From Cardiobacteriales bacterium (lineage in GTDB: Bacteria; Pseudomonadota; Gammaproteobacteria; Cardiobacteriales; Wohlfahrtiimonadaceae): a stretch of DNA of 40,722 nucleotides. The stretch is from the NCBI GenBank assembly GCA_030150565.1, contig JASLFR010000026.1, positions 1 to 40,722 of the forward strand, given 5' to 3'. The notes under the pieces were generated by a model. The model was not told where the DNA came from and did no database searches. It saw nothing but the letters and a program-made list of their open reading frames with translations. Shown piece by piece: positions 1-12,371 of the stretch. The translations under genes and the position numbers were made by a program. Positions within the stretch are counted from its first letter, which is position 1, and every line of letters begins with the position of its first letter.

Positions 1-733
1 AGAAGAAGAGGGCATTGAGAAGATAGGCGATTAAAATACTGGTAAAAAGATCGATCGGGAAGTGCATTCCGAGCCGCAAGCGACTAATCAGCATAAAGAA
101 AGCCCACGCCCCTACAAAAAGGGTGCCGAGCAGGGCATTAAAATTCCAGCGGTAACTTAAGAAGCCGAGATAGAGAAAGAGCCAGCACGCAGCGAATATA
201 GTGTGCCCTGATGGGAATGAGTAGCCAGTTTCAGCTTGCCAATGCTCTCTTAGCCATTGAGGGGTGTTGAGCTCATTGATCATACTCTCTTGCACTTCGA
301 TTGCACGATCACTCCGCTTTAACTGATAAAATTTATCGATATCGAGCGCAGAACGCTCAACAAGATAACTCATATAGGGGCGTGGCTCTTGATAGATCAG
401 CTTTAGCGAGCTCTTAATCACCTGCGTTCCCCCCTGTAGCAGAAAGACGGCACCAAAGATGAAGAGCCAGTGAAATTTACGACGAAGAAAGAGCGCCAAG
501 AGCAGACTAAACCAAAGAGAGGTGATCAACGCGTAGATAGGCGCGTTTCCCGTCTCTGTAATGTAGTAGAGCAGATGGTCGAAGCGTTCATATTTTTGCC
601 CCCCATCCCAACTCCAGCCGATGAGCCATGTAAAGAGTGGAACAAGAAGGAGGAGGAGAAGCGCTAGAGGAGACCAGCGAATATAGCGAGCAAAGGCGCG
701 CTCTTTTGAGGCGAAGTGGATATCTCTCTTCAT
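1..733 (-). CDS. pgpB: Phosphatidylglycerophosphatase B (PAP2 family); the 3' end runs off the window
   Basis: Not in the ORF track because it runs off the edge. My translation from the ATG at 733 gives MKRDIHFASKERAF... with the three PAP2 motifs: KLIYQEPRP (KxxxxxxRP), SFPSGHT (PSGH) and SRLRLGMHFPID (SRxxxxxHxxxD). Blocks match E. coli PgpB as I remember it: WLIGWSW, DKFYQLKRSDRA, LREHWQAETGYSFPSGHTIFAA. Confidence 0.85.
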   Translation of the reverse strand, partial: MKRDIHFASKERAFARYIRWSPLALLLLLLVPLFTWLIGWSWDGGQKYERFDHLLYYITETGNAPIYALITSLWFSLLLALFLRRKFHWLFIFGAVFLLQGGTQVIKSSLKLIYQEPRPYMSYLVERSALDIDKFYQLKRSDRAIEVQESMINELNTPQWLREHWQAETGYSFPSGHTIFAACWLFLYLGFLSYRWNFNALLGTLFVGAWAFFMLISRLRLGMHFPIDLFTSILIAYLLNALFF

Positions 734-737
734 AAAA

Positions 738-1532
738 TTATCCTAATTGGTAGAGTTCAATAAGTTTATGGGCAACAGCATCTTCATCGTTAGTTCCAAG
801 ATGCCTCGATTGAGGGAAGGAGTCTTTTAAGAGCTGAGGGGAGTTCTCCATCACATACCCCTTAGCAACAGACTTCAACATTCCAAGATCGTTGAGTTGA
901 TTACCAAAAGCGATCGCATCTTGCGGTGTGAGCGAGAGTCTTTTTAGTACATTTTTTACCCCTACCGATTTGTCGACATCTTTTGGCATAATCTCAAGGT
1001 AATTATCGGCAGAGGTGACGATGCTTGCGTGAGGAAAGAGCTCAATCGCTCTTTGGCGCATCGATTCAATTCGTTGAGGGTCGATAATAAAGAGCGCTTT
1101 AGTAAATCGTTTCTTCTCCCAATTGGTCGCTTCATGAAGCTGAACGAAAGATTCCCCCTCATAGATATCTGAAGGCATCGCAGGTTCAAAGCTAAAGAGC
1201 GTATTGTTATGGAAAAAGATGGGTGTTTTTTTGCTCTTTTCTGAAAATGTAAGAATATCTTGCACAATCTCTTGTGGTAGAGTGAGATCGCTCAGAGGTG
1301 TTTGCTCTTTAAAATCATACACATATGCGCCATTGTAGTTGATGATAAAACGGCAATTCCCCACCTCGTGAGCATATTTTTGAGAGCTTGCAAATGAGCG
1401 ACCTGTGCTGAAGATAATCTCTACCGATTGCTCTTGAAGTCTTTGCAAAACAGCAATTAAGAGGGGGGAGAGCTGATGTTGGCTATTTAAACTGGTGCCA
1501 TCAAGATCGAGAAAAATCGCTTTATAGGGCAT
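738..1532 (-). CDS. HAD-superfamily Cof-type sugar/phosphate phosphatase
   Basis: 264-aa ORF. The N-terminal FLDLDGT (DxDGT nucleophile motif), STGR and C-terminal GNQLNDLGML (GDxxND-like) are typical of HAD-IIB Cof hydrolases. Its stop lies 4 nt upstream of the pgpB start. Confidence 0.8.
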   Translation of the reverse strand: MPYKAIFLDLDGTSLNSQHQLSPLLIAVLQRLQEQSVEIIFSTGRSFASSQKYAHEVGNCRFIINYNGAYVYDFKEQTPLSDLTLPQEIVQDILTFSEKSKKTPIFFHNNTLFSFEPAMPSDIYEGESFVQLHEATNWEKKRFTKALFIIDPQRIESMRQRAIELFPHASIVTSADNYLEIMPKDVDKSVGVKNVLKRLSLTPQDAIAFGNQLNDLGMLKSVAKGYVMENSPQLLKDSFPQSRHLGTNDEDAVAHKLIELYQLG

Positions 1533-1642
1533 ATTTTTTCCAAAAAAGAGGGGTTGAAAAGAAAAGAGTGCTTATAAATGCGCCAATAGAAATAGCAGCG
1601 CAAAGAACAGATGGTTAAGGGTTAATTTATTGATAAACATCT

Positions 1643-1672
1643 TTGTTCATTAAGCAGTAGATGAACTATAAT
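1643..1672 (+). promoter_or_regulatory. Candidate sigma70 promoter for hfq
   Basis: TTGTTC (1643-1648), 18-nt spacer, consensus TATAAT (1667-1672), about 110 nt upstream of the hfq ATG. Based on hexamer match only. Confidence 0.35.
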
Positions 1673-1782
1673 ATTACAGATCTGTGCAGAATGAAGAATT
1701 CTTTTATACTATGCGCTGCGCAATTTCGAGCGGGTGCTCGATTGAGATTAGAAAATTTATTAAAAATAAGGTGCTGAGATAT

Positions 1783-2022
1783 ATGGCTAAGATGCAATCA
1801 CTACAAGAACCCTTCCTAAATGCTCTTCGTAAGGAGCGTGTTCCTGTCTCTATCTTCTTGATGAATGGGATCAAGTTACAAGGTCAGATTGAGTCATTTG
1901 ATCAGTTTGTGATTCTATTGCGCTCGAATGTTAGTCAGATGATCTATAAACATGCGGTTTCGACGATCGTCCCTGCACGTGCAATTACGATTGATAGTGG
2001 CGCAGAGAAGGAAGAGGCGTAA
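1783..2022 (+). CDS. hfq: RNA chaperone Hfq
   Basis: From the ATG at 1783 the protein reads [64 protein letters not shown], a canonical Sm1/Sm2 Hfq core. The track's GTG start at 1684 adds a non-conserved 33-aa extension and is probably wrong. Confidence 0.95.
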   Translation: MAKMQSLQEPFLNALRKERVPVSIFLMNGIKLQGQIESFDQFVILLRSNVSQMIYKHAVSTIVPARAITIDSGAEKEEA

Positions 2023-2135
2023 TTCCCTTAGTTCCTTTATACCGATTTTGAATCTAGATTAAGAGGTGGATCATCACAGAAGAGAAGAGAGTCGATTCAA
2101 GCTTTATTGATCGGGCTATTTTAGTTGCACTTGAG

Positions 2136-3374
2136 ATGCCTGAGAGTGAAGCGGGTGAATTTGAGGAGTTTCGAGAATTGGTACGCTCTGCAGATGTTGC
2201 AGAGCTCGATTTTATTACAGGGCGCAGAGATCGCCCTGATTTTCGTTATTTTATGGGAAGCGGTAAGGCGGAAGAGGTGCGAGAGAGCGTTGCGCTTCAT
2301 GATGCGAATGTTGTGATTGTAAATCACGATCTTACACCGAGTCAGAGCCGAAATTTAGAGCAGCTTACCCATTGCCGAGTAGTGGATCGAACAGGGCTCA
2401 TCCTCGATATCTTTGCCCAAAGAGCTCAGAGCTTTGAGGGGAAATTACAGGTTGAGTTGGCACAGCTAACCCGCTTATCGAGCCGTCTGGTTCGTCTTCA
2501 TAGTAATCTTGAGCAGCAGCGTGGTGGAGCTGTTGGATTAAGGGGACCTGGGGAGACTCAGCTTGAGCAGGATCGACGCTTAATTGGTCATAGAATTCGT
2601 CAGTTAGAGAAGCGCCTTGAGGGTGTGGAGAAGATGCGTAATCAGGGACGAATCTCTAGAGAACGCAATGAGGTGCCAACAGTTGCGCTTGTAGGGTATA
2701 CAAATGCTGGAAAATCCTCCCTCTTCAATCGTCTTACCGATGCGAATGTCTATGCAGAAGATAAGTTGTTTGCAACGTTAGATCCAACGCACCGTGCCTT
2801 TGAGCTCAATAACATTGGGCGCGCTGTTTTAGTCGATACAGTTGGATTTATCTCAAAACTTCCTCACGATCTTGTGAAGGCGTTCCGTTCAACATTACAG
2901 ACAGCGGCAGATGCTGATCTCCTTCTTGAGGTGATTGATGTTGTTGACCCAGAACGGGAGATGAAGATGCAGGAGGTTGATGAGGTATTAGCGAGTATCG
3001 ATGCTGATCGTGTTCCCCGTCTGAAAGTCTTCAATAAGATCGATCTTGATGAAGCGTTAACTCCAGATTGTTTGATGGGGGAGAGTGGCGTAGCTGAGAG
3101 CGTCTGGATCTCTGCTGAAAAGAATTTAGGGATCGATCTTCTTTTAGAGGCGATTGCGGGCCATTTTCAACAGAATCATCTTAAAATTTCACTCACACTA
3201 CCGCCACACGAGGGGCGTTTGCGAGGGGAGCTCTTCAATCTAAATGCTGTTGAAGAGGAGCACTTTTTAGAGAATGGGGATTCTCAGCTTTCACTCTACA
3301 TTGACCGTGCAAAACTTAAGCGTCTGATTAAGGCTCAACCAGAAGCAGAAGCCTATTTTGTAGATTATATTTAG
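2136..3374 (+). CDS. hflX: GTPase HflX (5' boundary uncertain, see findings)
   Basis: Close match to E. coli HflX throughout: DRTGLILDIFAQRA, EGKLQVELAQL, LRGPGETQLE, G1 motif GYTNAGKSSLFN, DTVGFI, NKID. The frame stays open upstream to 2058 and encodes the conserved DRAILVAL strand, with no ATG, GTG or TTG in that stretch. Confidence 0.93.
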   Translation: MPESEAGEFEEFRELVRSADVAELDFITGRRDRPDFRYFMGSGKAEEVRESVALHDANVVIVNHDLTPSQSRNLEQLTHCRVVDRTGLILDIFAQRAQSFEGKLQVELAQLTRLSSRLVRLHSNLEQQRGGAVGLRGPGETQLEQDRRLIGHRIRQLEKRLEGVEKMRNQGRISRERNEVPTVALVGYTNAGKSSLFNRLTDANVYAEDKLFATLDPTHRAFELNNIGRAVLVDTVGFISKLPHDLVKAFRSTLQTAADADLLLEVIDVVDPEREMKMQEVDEVLASIDADRVPRLKVFNKIDLDEALTPDCLMGESGVAESVWISAEKNLGIDLLLEAIAGHFQQNHLKISLTLPPHEGRLRGELFNLNAVEEEHFLENGDSQLSLYIDRAKLKRLIKAQPEAEAYFVDYI

Positions 3375-3463
3375 GGATGCAATATAGCGGTAAAATTGGT
3401 AGATTAATGGACTGTTAATAAATAACGCCCCTTACTTTTAGAGATAGTAATCAAAGGTAGTTA

Positions 3464-4747
3464 ATGAGAAAAGATAATCTAGAGATGGCTTGGAATGAGC
3501 CGCAAGATGAGCGCTCAACAGGAGAGAGAAATCCAAATGAGCCAAAATCATCCCAAAAGCCAGGTGAAGCGCCAGACTTAGATGAGGTGCTTAAGGGGCT
3601 TAAACGTCGTTTGAGTGGCGCAGGTGGCGGCAATAAGAGGGGCAACCTCTATCGTCAAGGGAGAGGGGGAAAAGGTCTTGGTCCTCTTCCATTTGTCGTA
3701 GGTGGAATTGCGCTCTTGGCGTGGCTTGCAACGGGAATTTATAAAGTAAATGAGGGGACTAAATCGGTTGAACTCTTCTTGGGGAAATATAGCAAAACCA
3801 AGAATGCAGGTTTGACGTGGCGCCTTCCTAATCCTATTGCTGATCATCAGTTAATCGATATTCAGCGCCTCTTCTCCCAAAAAATTGTGGGGGATAATGG
3901 GCGTGATGAAGCTTCGATGTTGACAAAAGATGAGGCGATTGTCTCCGTTAAGATTGAAGTGCAGTATCAGATTGATGCAGAGCATCCCGAGAAGTTCTGG
4001 TTCGCCTCTATTAACCCCCATGTAACGATGCAAGAGGTAGTTGTGAGTGCGGCTCGTGAGCGTGTGGGGCAGATGATTCTTGATGATGTCCTCACAGAGG
4101 GGCGTGAGCGTTTAACACGTGAAGTGAAAGAGCTCTCTCAAAGTGTTTTAGATCGTTACGGTATCGGTCTTGTTATCACCAACATTAACCTTGAAGATGC
4201 GCAACCCCCTGAGCAGGTTCAAGAAGCATTCTCTGATGCAATTCGTGCTCGTGAAGATGAGCAGAAACGCATTAACGAAGCGGAGACTTATCGCGACAGT
4301 ATCATCGCTGAAGTTCGAGGTGAAGTTGAGCGGGAGATTCGTCGAGCAGAGGCGTATCGAGATACTAAAGTGGCTCAAGCGCAAGGGGAGGCGAACCGCT
4401 ATACTCTTCTTCTTGAGGCGTATGAAGAATCGCCTGAAGTGACCCGTGAGCGCCTCTATCTTGAGACGATTGAGGGTGTGCTTGGTAAGAGCAGTAAAAT
4501 TATTATGGGGCAGGGGAAGAATAATAATCTGATGATGCTCCCTCTTGATCAAGTATTAAAAGGGGCGGGAAGCGCTAAGAATAGTGGATCGAACCGTGAC
4601 AATGATGAGTCGATCATGAAAGAGCGTCTTAATGAGGTGACAAGTGAACCCTCATCAACTCCTCGCGCGACACCACAAGCAGAAGAGCCTGAGCGTAGAG
4701 GCATGCGGACTGGTGGACAGGGGCGCAGCGGTAACTTGAATCGATAA
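3464..4747 (+). CDS. hflK: FtsH protease modulator HflK (SPFH/band-7)
   Basis: 427 aa. It has a Gly/basic-rich N-terminus, one TM segment, an SPFH domain and the conserved C-terminal blocks RAREDEQ, EAEAYR..., ERLYLETIE and LMMLPLDQVLKG, as in E. coli HflK. Its position after hflX also fits. Confidence 0.93.
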   Translation: MRKDNLEMAWNEPQDERSTGERNPNEPKSSQKPGEAPDLDEVLKGLKRRLSGAGGGNKRGNLYRQGRGGKGLGPLPFVVGGIALLAWLATGIYKVNEGTKSVELFLGKYSKTKNAGLTWRLPNPIADHQLIDIQRLFSQKIVGDNGRDEASMLTKDEAIVSVKIEVQYQIDAEHPEKFWFASINPHVTMQEVVVSAARERVGQMILDDVLTEGRERLTREVKELSQSVLDRYGIGLVITNINLEDAQPPEQVQEAFSDAIRAREDEQKRINEAETYRDSIIAEVRGEVEREIRRAEAYRDTKVAQAQGEANRYTLLLEAYEESPEVTRERLYLETIEGVLGKSSKIIMGQGKNNNLMMLPLDQVLKGAGSAKNSGSNRDNDESIMKERLNEVTSEPSSTPRATPQAEEPERRGMRTGGQGRSGNLNR

Positions 4748-4768
4748 GGTTAAAGAAAGGATAATCAG

Positions 4769-5656
4769 ATGAATAATTTTACCCGTATACAGCTGCCAAT
4801 TATTGCGGCTCTGCTCTTTCTTGCGAGTCAATCCTTCTTTATTCTCAATCAGTGGGAATTAGGGGTGCGCTTCCAGTTTGGTCGAATTGTGGAGAGCCAC
4901 ACTGAGCCAGGACTCCATTTTAAAATTCCATTTATTCAGAATGTGCGTAAGTATGATGCTCGTATTCAGACGCTTGAGACACAGCCAGAGCGCTTCTTAA
5001 CGCGTGAGAAGAAGAATCTTATTGTAGATACTTTTGTGAAGTGGCGAGTAGTTGATCCTGCGATCTTTTATCAAAGAGTTGCAGGAAGCCCGCAGGTCTT
5101 CAATAGCCGTCTTGATCCTATTGTGAAGGATAAATTCCGTGCAGAATTTGGTAAGCGCGATCTTCAAGATGTTGTGGCAGGTTATAGTAAAGAGCGTTCC
5201 CGTACGGTACGTAGCGATATTCAAGAGGTGATTCTTGCAGATATTAAGCAGGAGGGGTTACGCTCAGGGATCGAAATTTTAGATGTGCGTATTAAAGGGG
5301 TAGAGCTCCCACGAGATGTTCGTCAGAGTGTCTACCAACGTATGGAGAAAGAGCGTGAGCGGGTAGCAAAAGAGCTACGTGCAAAAGGGCAAGCGTCCTA
5401 TATTGAGATTGTTTCAGAGGCTGATCGTACTCGTGCCGTTATGATGGCAAAAGCGTACGAGAGTGCGGAGATGATCCGAGGGGAAGGGGATGCGAGTGCA
5501 ACCCGAATCTATGCAGAAGCGTATAACAAAAATCCTGAATTCTATGCGTTTTACCGTAGTTTAGAGGCGTATCGAAATTCATTTAATAGTCAAAATGATC
5601 TCCTAATTCTTGATCCTGATACGGAGTTCTTTAAGTATTTTCACCAAGTTCAATAA
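4769..5656 (+). CDS. hflC: FtsH protease modulator HflC (SPFH/band-7)
   Basis: 295 aa with an N-terminal TM segment and a band-7 domain. It contains the FYAFYRSLEAY motif typical of HflC and sits directly after hflK. Confidence 0.92.
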   Translation: MNNFTRIQLPIIAALLFLASQSFFILNQWELGVRFQFGRIVESHTEPGLHFKIPFIQNVRKYDARIQTLETQPERFLTREKKNLIVDTFVKWRVVDPAIFYQRVAGSPQVFNSRLDPIVKDKFRAEFGKRDLQDVVAGYSKERSRTVRSDIQEVILADIKQEGLRSGIEILDVRIKGVELPRDVRQSVYQRMEKERERVAKELRAKGQASYIEIVSEADRTRAVMMAKAYESAEMIRGEGDASATRIYAEAYNKNPEFYAFYRSLEAYRNSFNSQNDLLILDPDTEFFKYFHQVQ

Positions 5657-5677
5657 GTAGAGATCCTCTCTTTTTGA

Positions 5678-7012
<1,335 letters not shown>

Positions 7013-7022
7013 GAGTTGACGT

Positions 7023-8393
7023 GTGAAGCGAGCAGGATTTAAGGCGTACGATATTCGTGCGCGCTATCCTGATGAGATTAATGAGAGCTTTGCCTATCGT
7101 TTAGGCAAAGCTTTTGTTTTTCGATACTCAGCAGAAAAAGTGATGGTGGGTTTTGATGCCCGCTTAAGTTCCCCCTCCCTTTTTGAAGCCCTCAGTAGAG
7201 GGATTCTAGAGGCGGGAGCGGACCTCTTATCGCTCGGATTATCGGGGACAGAAGAGGTCTATTTTCATACTGCAAAGAGTGGAGCGTGTGGCGGTATTAT
7301 GATTACCGCTAGTCACAATCCAAAGGATGAGAATGGCTTTAAATTAGTGAGTCGAGGTGCAAAACCGATCGCAAGCGGCTCAGGATTAGAAGAGATCGCA
7401 AAGAGGATGGAACAGCCTCTTCCCGATCAGGAGAGAAGAGGGGAGATGATCGATTATCAAAATGCTCGTACCGATTATATCGAGCATCTCTTAAGCTACC
7501 TTCCTGATTCCCCACTAAAGCCACTCTCGATTGTTGCCAATTGTGGGAATGGAACAGCAGGCCCCATTATAGAGCGTTTAAAAGAGCGATTACCCCATCA
7601 CTTTACCCTGCTCAATTGTGAGCCCGATGGAACTTTTCCCAAAGGGGTCCCCAATCCTTTAATTCCTGAACGGAGGATTGAGAGCCAATTAGCTATCGTT
7701 AAGGAGGGGGCAGATTTAGGGATTGCGTGGGATGGCGATTTTGATCGCTGTTTTTTTTATGATGAAGTGGGCAGATTTGTTGATAGTAGCTATATTATTG
7801 CGCTCCTTGCTGAGGAGCTCTTCGCACAAGCATCAGAAGAGACCTTAAAGAGCGCGACACTCGTAAGTGATTCCCGCCTTATCTGGGCGATTGGGTCGGT
7901 GGCGGAGAAGTGGAATATTCCCCATCTCATTACAAGAGGGGGGCACTCACCTATGAAGGCGATTATGCAGGAGAAGAATGCACTTTTTGGGGGTGAGGCT
8001 TCTGCTCACTACTATTTTCAAGATTTTTATTACTGCGATTCAGGCATGATTCCATGGCTTCTTTTAACTGCTCTGATGAGCCGTAAAGAGGAGCCTTTGA
8101 GCCAATTGGTTGCTGAGCTAAGGGAGCGATTCCCCTGTAGTGAGGAGCTCAACTTTAGGGTAGAGCATCCTCGAGCGCTCCAAGAGAGATTGCTTCACCA
8201 TTTTGAGCGGGAGGCGATTGATGTTAATTGGCTCGATGGATTGAGTCTCACCTTTAAGGAGTGGCGCTTTAATCTTCGAGCTTCCAATACAGAGCCATTT
8301 TTGCGTCTAAATATTGAGACGCGGGGGGATCAGGCGCTCCTAAGTGAGAAGATCACACTTCTCTCCCATCTGATTGAAGAGTATTCCCGTTAG
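7023..8393 (+). CDS. manB: Phosphomannomutase (alpha-D-phosphohexomutase family)
   Basis: 456 aa from a GTG start. It aligns end to end with my memory of E. coli ManB/CpsG: FKAYDIR, SGTEEVYF, the catalytic TASHNP, the metal loop DGDFDRCFF, YCDSGMIPWLL and WRFNLRASNTEP. Confidence 0.9.
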   Translation: MKRAGFKAYDIRARYPDEINESFAYRLGKAFVFRYSAEKVMVGFDARLSSPSLFEALSRGILEAGADLLSLGLSGTEEVYFHTAKSGACGGIMITASHNPKDENGFKLVSRGAKPIASGSGLEEIAKRMEQPLPDQERRGEMIDYQNARTDYIEHLLSYLPDSPLKPLSIVANCGNGTAGPIIERLKERLPHHFTLLNCEPDGTFPKGVPNPLIPERRIESQLAIVKEGADLGIAWDGDFDRCFFYDEVGRFVDSSYIIALLAEELFAQASEETLKSATLVSDSRLIWAIGSVAEKWNIPHLITRGGHSPMKAIMQEKNALFGGEASAHYYFQDFYYCDSGMIPWLLLTALMSRKEEPLSQLVAELRERFPCSEELNFRVEHPRALQERLLHHFEREAIDVNWLDGLSLTFKEWRFNLRASNTEPFLRLNIETRGDQALLSEKITLLSHLIEEYSR

Positions 8394-9445
8394 TGGGGCA
8401 TAATTCTAAAGAGGAGTAGAGAGAGCCCAATCGCAAAGAATGTGGGTAAGAGAGCTCCAAAGATGGGGGAGTAACCCGCAATAATGATGAAATGCCCCAC
8501 CATCTCTGTAAAGAGGTAGAGCACTAATCCGATAATAATCCCAATTAAGATTCGAGCGCCTAATCCTTGACTCCGTTGTTGAGCGAAGATGAGGGGGGAG
8601 GCGATCAGAAGCATAGAGAGGCTTGTTAAAGGGGAGAAGAGTTTGCTCCAGAAGGCGAGCTCATATTGGCTCCCATCGAGCCCATTTTTAGCTAAATATT
8701 GGATGAAGGGGGCGAGCTTCATTAAAGGGAGCTCCTCAGGTGTTGCAGTGAGTGCGGCAATCGCATTCGCTTCAATCAGAGGGGGGAAGATTCTCCCTTT
8801 TTCACTCTCCGTTGTAAGGCGATGATCCTCAATATGTGTGATTTTCGCATTTGGCATTAGCCACTCTTTATCCTTAATCTCTATTGAGTTTCCACGAATA
8901 ATCTGATCGAGTCGCTGCTCATTCACTTCATAGAGGGTTACCCCTTTAAGCTCTGCGCCTGTGAGCGCACTTACCTGAATGACATAACCGTCACTAATCG
9001 CCCAAAATCCAGCGGATTGAGCCGCTCTCTGTTGCGCCATTTTTGCTTTTAGAGCGGTCTCTGGTACAACCCACTCACCAACGGCAAAATTGAGGAGCGC
9101 TAAAACAGTGGTAGCGAAGAGCGCCCCTCGAACGGTTCGTAATTTGCTAAATCCTGCCGCGCGAATCGCTGTCAATTCATTATTAGATGAGAGTTGCCCA
9201 AGCCCTACTAAACAGCCTAAAAGGAGCGCCATAGGAAAGATGCGATTAAGGCGAGTGGGCGCATCGAGCAGGAGAAAATGGAGCATCTCTTTTAATTGAT
9301 ACCCCTCTTTGAGCTCCTGTAGCTCATTGAGCGTGGTGAAGAGCGTTTCGATTAAACCTAAAAGAATGAGGCAGAGGAGTGTGGCGAGAAACGTTGCTCG
9401 AGCGATATAGCGATCGAAGGTGCCAAAAATGGGGGAGAGCTTCAT
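8390..9445 (-). CDS. lptG: LPS export ABC permease LptG
   Basis: 351 aa of the YjgP/YjgQ permease family (6 TM plus a periplasmic beta-jellyroll). It lies immediately downstream of, and abuts, lptF, which is the standard lptFG arrangement. Confidence 0.85.
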   Translation of the reverse strand: MKLSPIFGTFDRYIARATFLATLLCLILLGLIETLFTTLNELQELKEGYQLKEMLHFLLLDAPTRLNRIFPMALLLGCLVGLGQLSSNNELTAIRAAGFSKLRTVRGALFATTVLALLNFAVGEWVVPETALKAKMAQQRAAQSAGFWAISDGYVIQVSALTGAELKGVTLYEVNEQRLDQIIRGNSIEIKDKEWLMPNAKITHIEDHRLTTESEKGRIFPPLIEANAIAALTATPEELPLMKLAPFIQYLAKNGLDGSQYELAFWSKLFSPLTSLSMLLIASPLIFAQQRSQGLGARILIGIIIGLVLYLFTEMVGHFIIIAGYSPIFGALLPTFFAIGLSLLLFRIMPH

Positions 9446-10510
9446 CTACAATCTCCTACTAAAGCGAAAAGCGATAATGATAGCGATGAGGAGCATAATT
9501 CCGTGAACCCACCATAAACCGAGTTGAGCAGGAATCTTCCCCTGTTTTAACCATGTTTGCCCCACCCCTAAGAGGTTGAAGTAGATCACATAGAGAATGA
9601 GTGCTCCAATCATCTTATTGAATGCCCCCTGTCGAGGTTGTGAGTGGGCGAATGCTGGAATCATGATGATGAGAATAAAGAGGGAGAGTGGTCCTGCAAT
9701 TCGGCGATGGAGCTCCCCTTGTTTAACCCCTGTAGGTTGCTCAAAGAGCTCTTTTGTGGAGTAGGAGAGCGCCTTATGGGCCAGAGGTTTTCCACTCTCT
9801 TCTAGCTGAATGCGGGACTCTTTAAAATAGAGCCGCTCCCGCACTTCCCCCTTCTCTGTATAGCGAGAACCGTTATGGAGGACGATGAAGCGAGTCCCTT
9901 CTTCATTGATATGTTGCTCCCCCTCTTTTGCGGTTGTTACCGAGAAGCCAGCCCACTTACCATTGAGATACTCATTAGTGTAGATAAAGACATTGTTGAG
10001 CATCTCACCATTTTTGCTGATGCTCTCCACATAGACGGTATGCTGCTTATTGAATGTTCTAAATACACCAGGTTTAAGAATGGTAAGTTGAGCACTCTCT
10101 CTCGCTTTATGGAGCACAACATCTTGCGTTTTAGCTACCTCAGGCACAATAAAGAAATTGAGGAGCGTGATGATGATCGCAAGAGGGATACCGAGCATCA
10201 TTAAGACTTTGTAGAAGCGGGTGATCGGCACACCAAGCGCAAACATCGCCGCCATCTCACTATCTTTATAGAGGCGTCCAAGCGCAATGATTGCAGAGAG
10301 AAGAAAGGTGAGCGGAAGGAGCTCTGTAATGAAGCGGATGAGTTGAAGGCCAACGAGTGAGAAGATCGCTGATGGGGCGAGCCCGCCAGAACTCGCCTCA
10401 TTGAGGTAGAGCGCTAAGCGTTGGGTCAATAGAATAGCGATGAGAATTGTAATCACTGCAAAGAATGTAGCGAGGATCTCACGGCTAACGTAGCGCTCTA
10501 AAATATTCAC
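9446..10510 (-). CDS. lptF: LPS export ABC permease LptF
   Basis: 354 aa. The N-terminus MNILERYVSREIL... is typical of YjgP/LptF. Its stop abuts the lptG start with no gap. Confidence 0.85.
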   Translation of the reverse strand: MNILERYVSREILATFFAVITILIAILLTQRLALYLNEASSGGLAPSAIFSLVGLQLIRFITELLPLTFLLSAIIALGRLYKDSEMAAMFALGVPITRFYKVLMMLGIPLAIIITLLNFFIVPEVAKTQDVVLHKARESAQLTILKPGVFRTFNKQHTVYVESISKNGEMLNNVFIYTNEYLNGKWAGFSVTTAKEGEQHINEEGTRFIVLHNGSRYTEKGEVRERLYFKESRIQLEESGKPLAHKALSYSTKELFEQPTGVKQGELHRRIAGPLSLFILIIMIPAFAHSQPRQGAFNKMIGALILYVIYFNLLGVGQTWLKQGKIPAQLGLWWVHGIMLLIAIIIAFRFSRRL

Positions 10511-10525
10511 ATTCGCTCCTAAAGG

Positions 10526-11710
<1,185 letters not shown>

Positions 11711-11842
11711 CTATTTTACCTTGAAATGGGAAAAACTGCACGCTCGCTACAGCGCTCTCTTTTAGGGTGAGGAGGGGGAGAAGTTGCTATAATTTAGCTC
11801 CAATCTTTCAAATCGATTAAATTTAGATGAGTCTGCATCATT

Positions 11843-12286
11843 ATGAGTCAATCCCCCCTTTTTGTCCGTTTCTATCTACTTCCTGCGCACCGTGTACATG
11901 AGTTGCCGATGCTTGCGTTGACACTCCTTAAAAAGGCGATGGAGGCGAAAGAGCCCACTCTTCTTCTGCACGATGATCCGCTCTTTCTAAAGGGGGTGAG
12001 TGATGCACTTTGGGGGGATGAGCCGAGCCGTTTTCTTCACCATCAGCTGCTTGAGATTGGGGATCGCCCCTCTTCGTTCGATTTTATCTATCTCTCAACA
12101 GAGGAGGTTGCACTTCCTCATAGCTCTCTATTGATTAATCTCTCACAGAGGGTGCCAAAAGAGCTCTCCTCTTACCGAAGAATCTTTGAGTTGAGCTCCC
12201 ATCACGCCGATTTTGTGCAGAGTGCTCGGGAGCATTATCGCTATTATCAGAGAGCGGGGGCAGAGATTGAGCATGTCGATTGTTAA
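11843..12286 (+). CDS. holC: DNA polymerase III chi subunit
   Basis: 147 aa. It matches E. coli HolC in length and blocks: FYLL near the N-terminus, SDALWG...FLHH (E. coli LDEALW...FVPH) and C-terminal AREHYRYYQRAG (E. coli ARERYKAYRVAG). Confidence 0.8.
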   Translation: MSQSPLFVRFYLLPAHRVHELPMLALTLLKKAMEAKEPTLLLHDDPLFLKGVSDALWGDEPSRFLHHQLLEIGDRPSSFDFIYLSTEEVALPHSSLLINLSQRVPKELSSYRRIFELSSHHADFVQSAREHYRYYQRAGAEIEHVDC

Positions 12287-12371
12287 TTTAAGGGGTGGAG
12301 AGATTTCTCCTCTCTTTTTTTAGAAAAGAATTACAATGGCTCAACGTTTTAAAAAATATTTAGGAGAAAAG

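Noticed and set aside
470-667. 65-aa + strand ORF near the window start.
   Set aside because: It lies antisense within the pgpB coding region, whose translation shows all PAP2 motifs.
1684-1782. N-terminal 33-aa extension of hfq from a GTG start, as listed in the ORF track.
   Set aside because: The extension is not Hfq-like. The conserved protein begins at the ATG at 1783, and a promoter-like element lies just upstream of the GTG.
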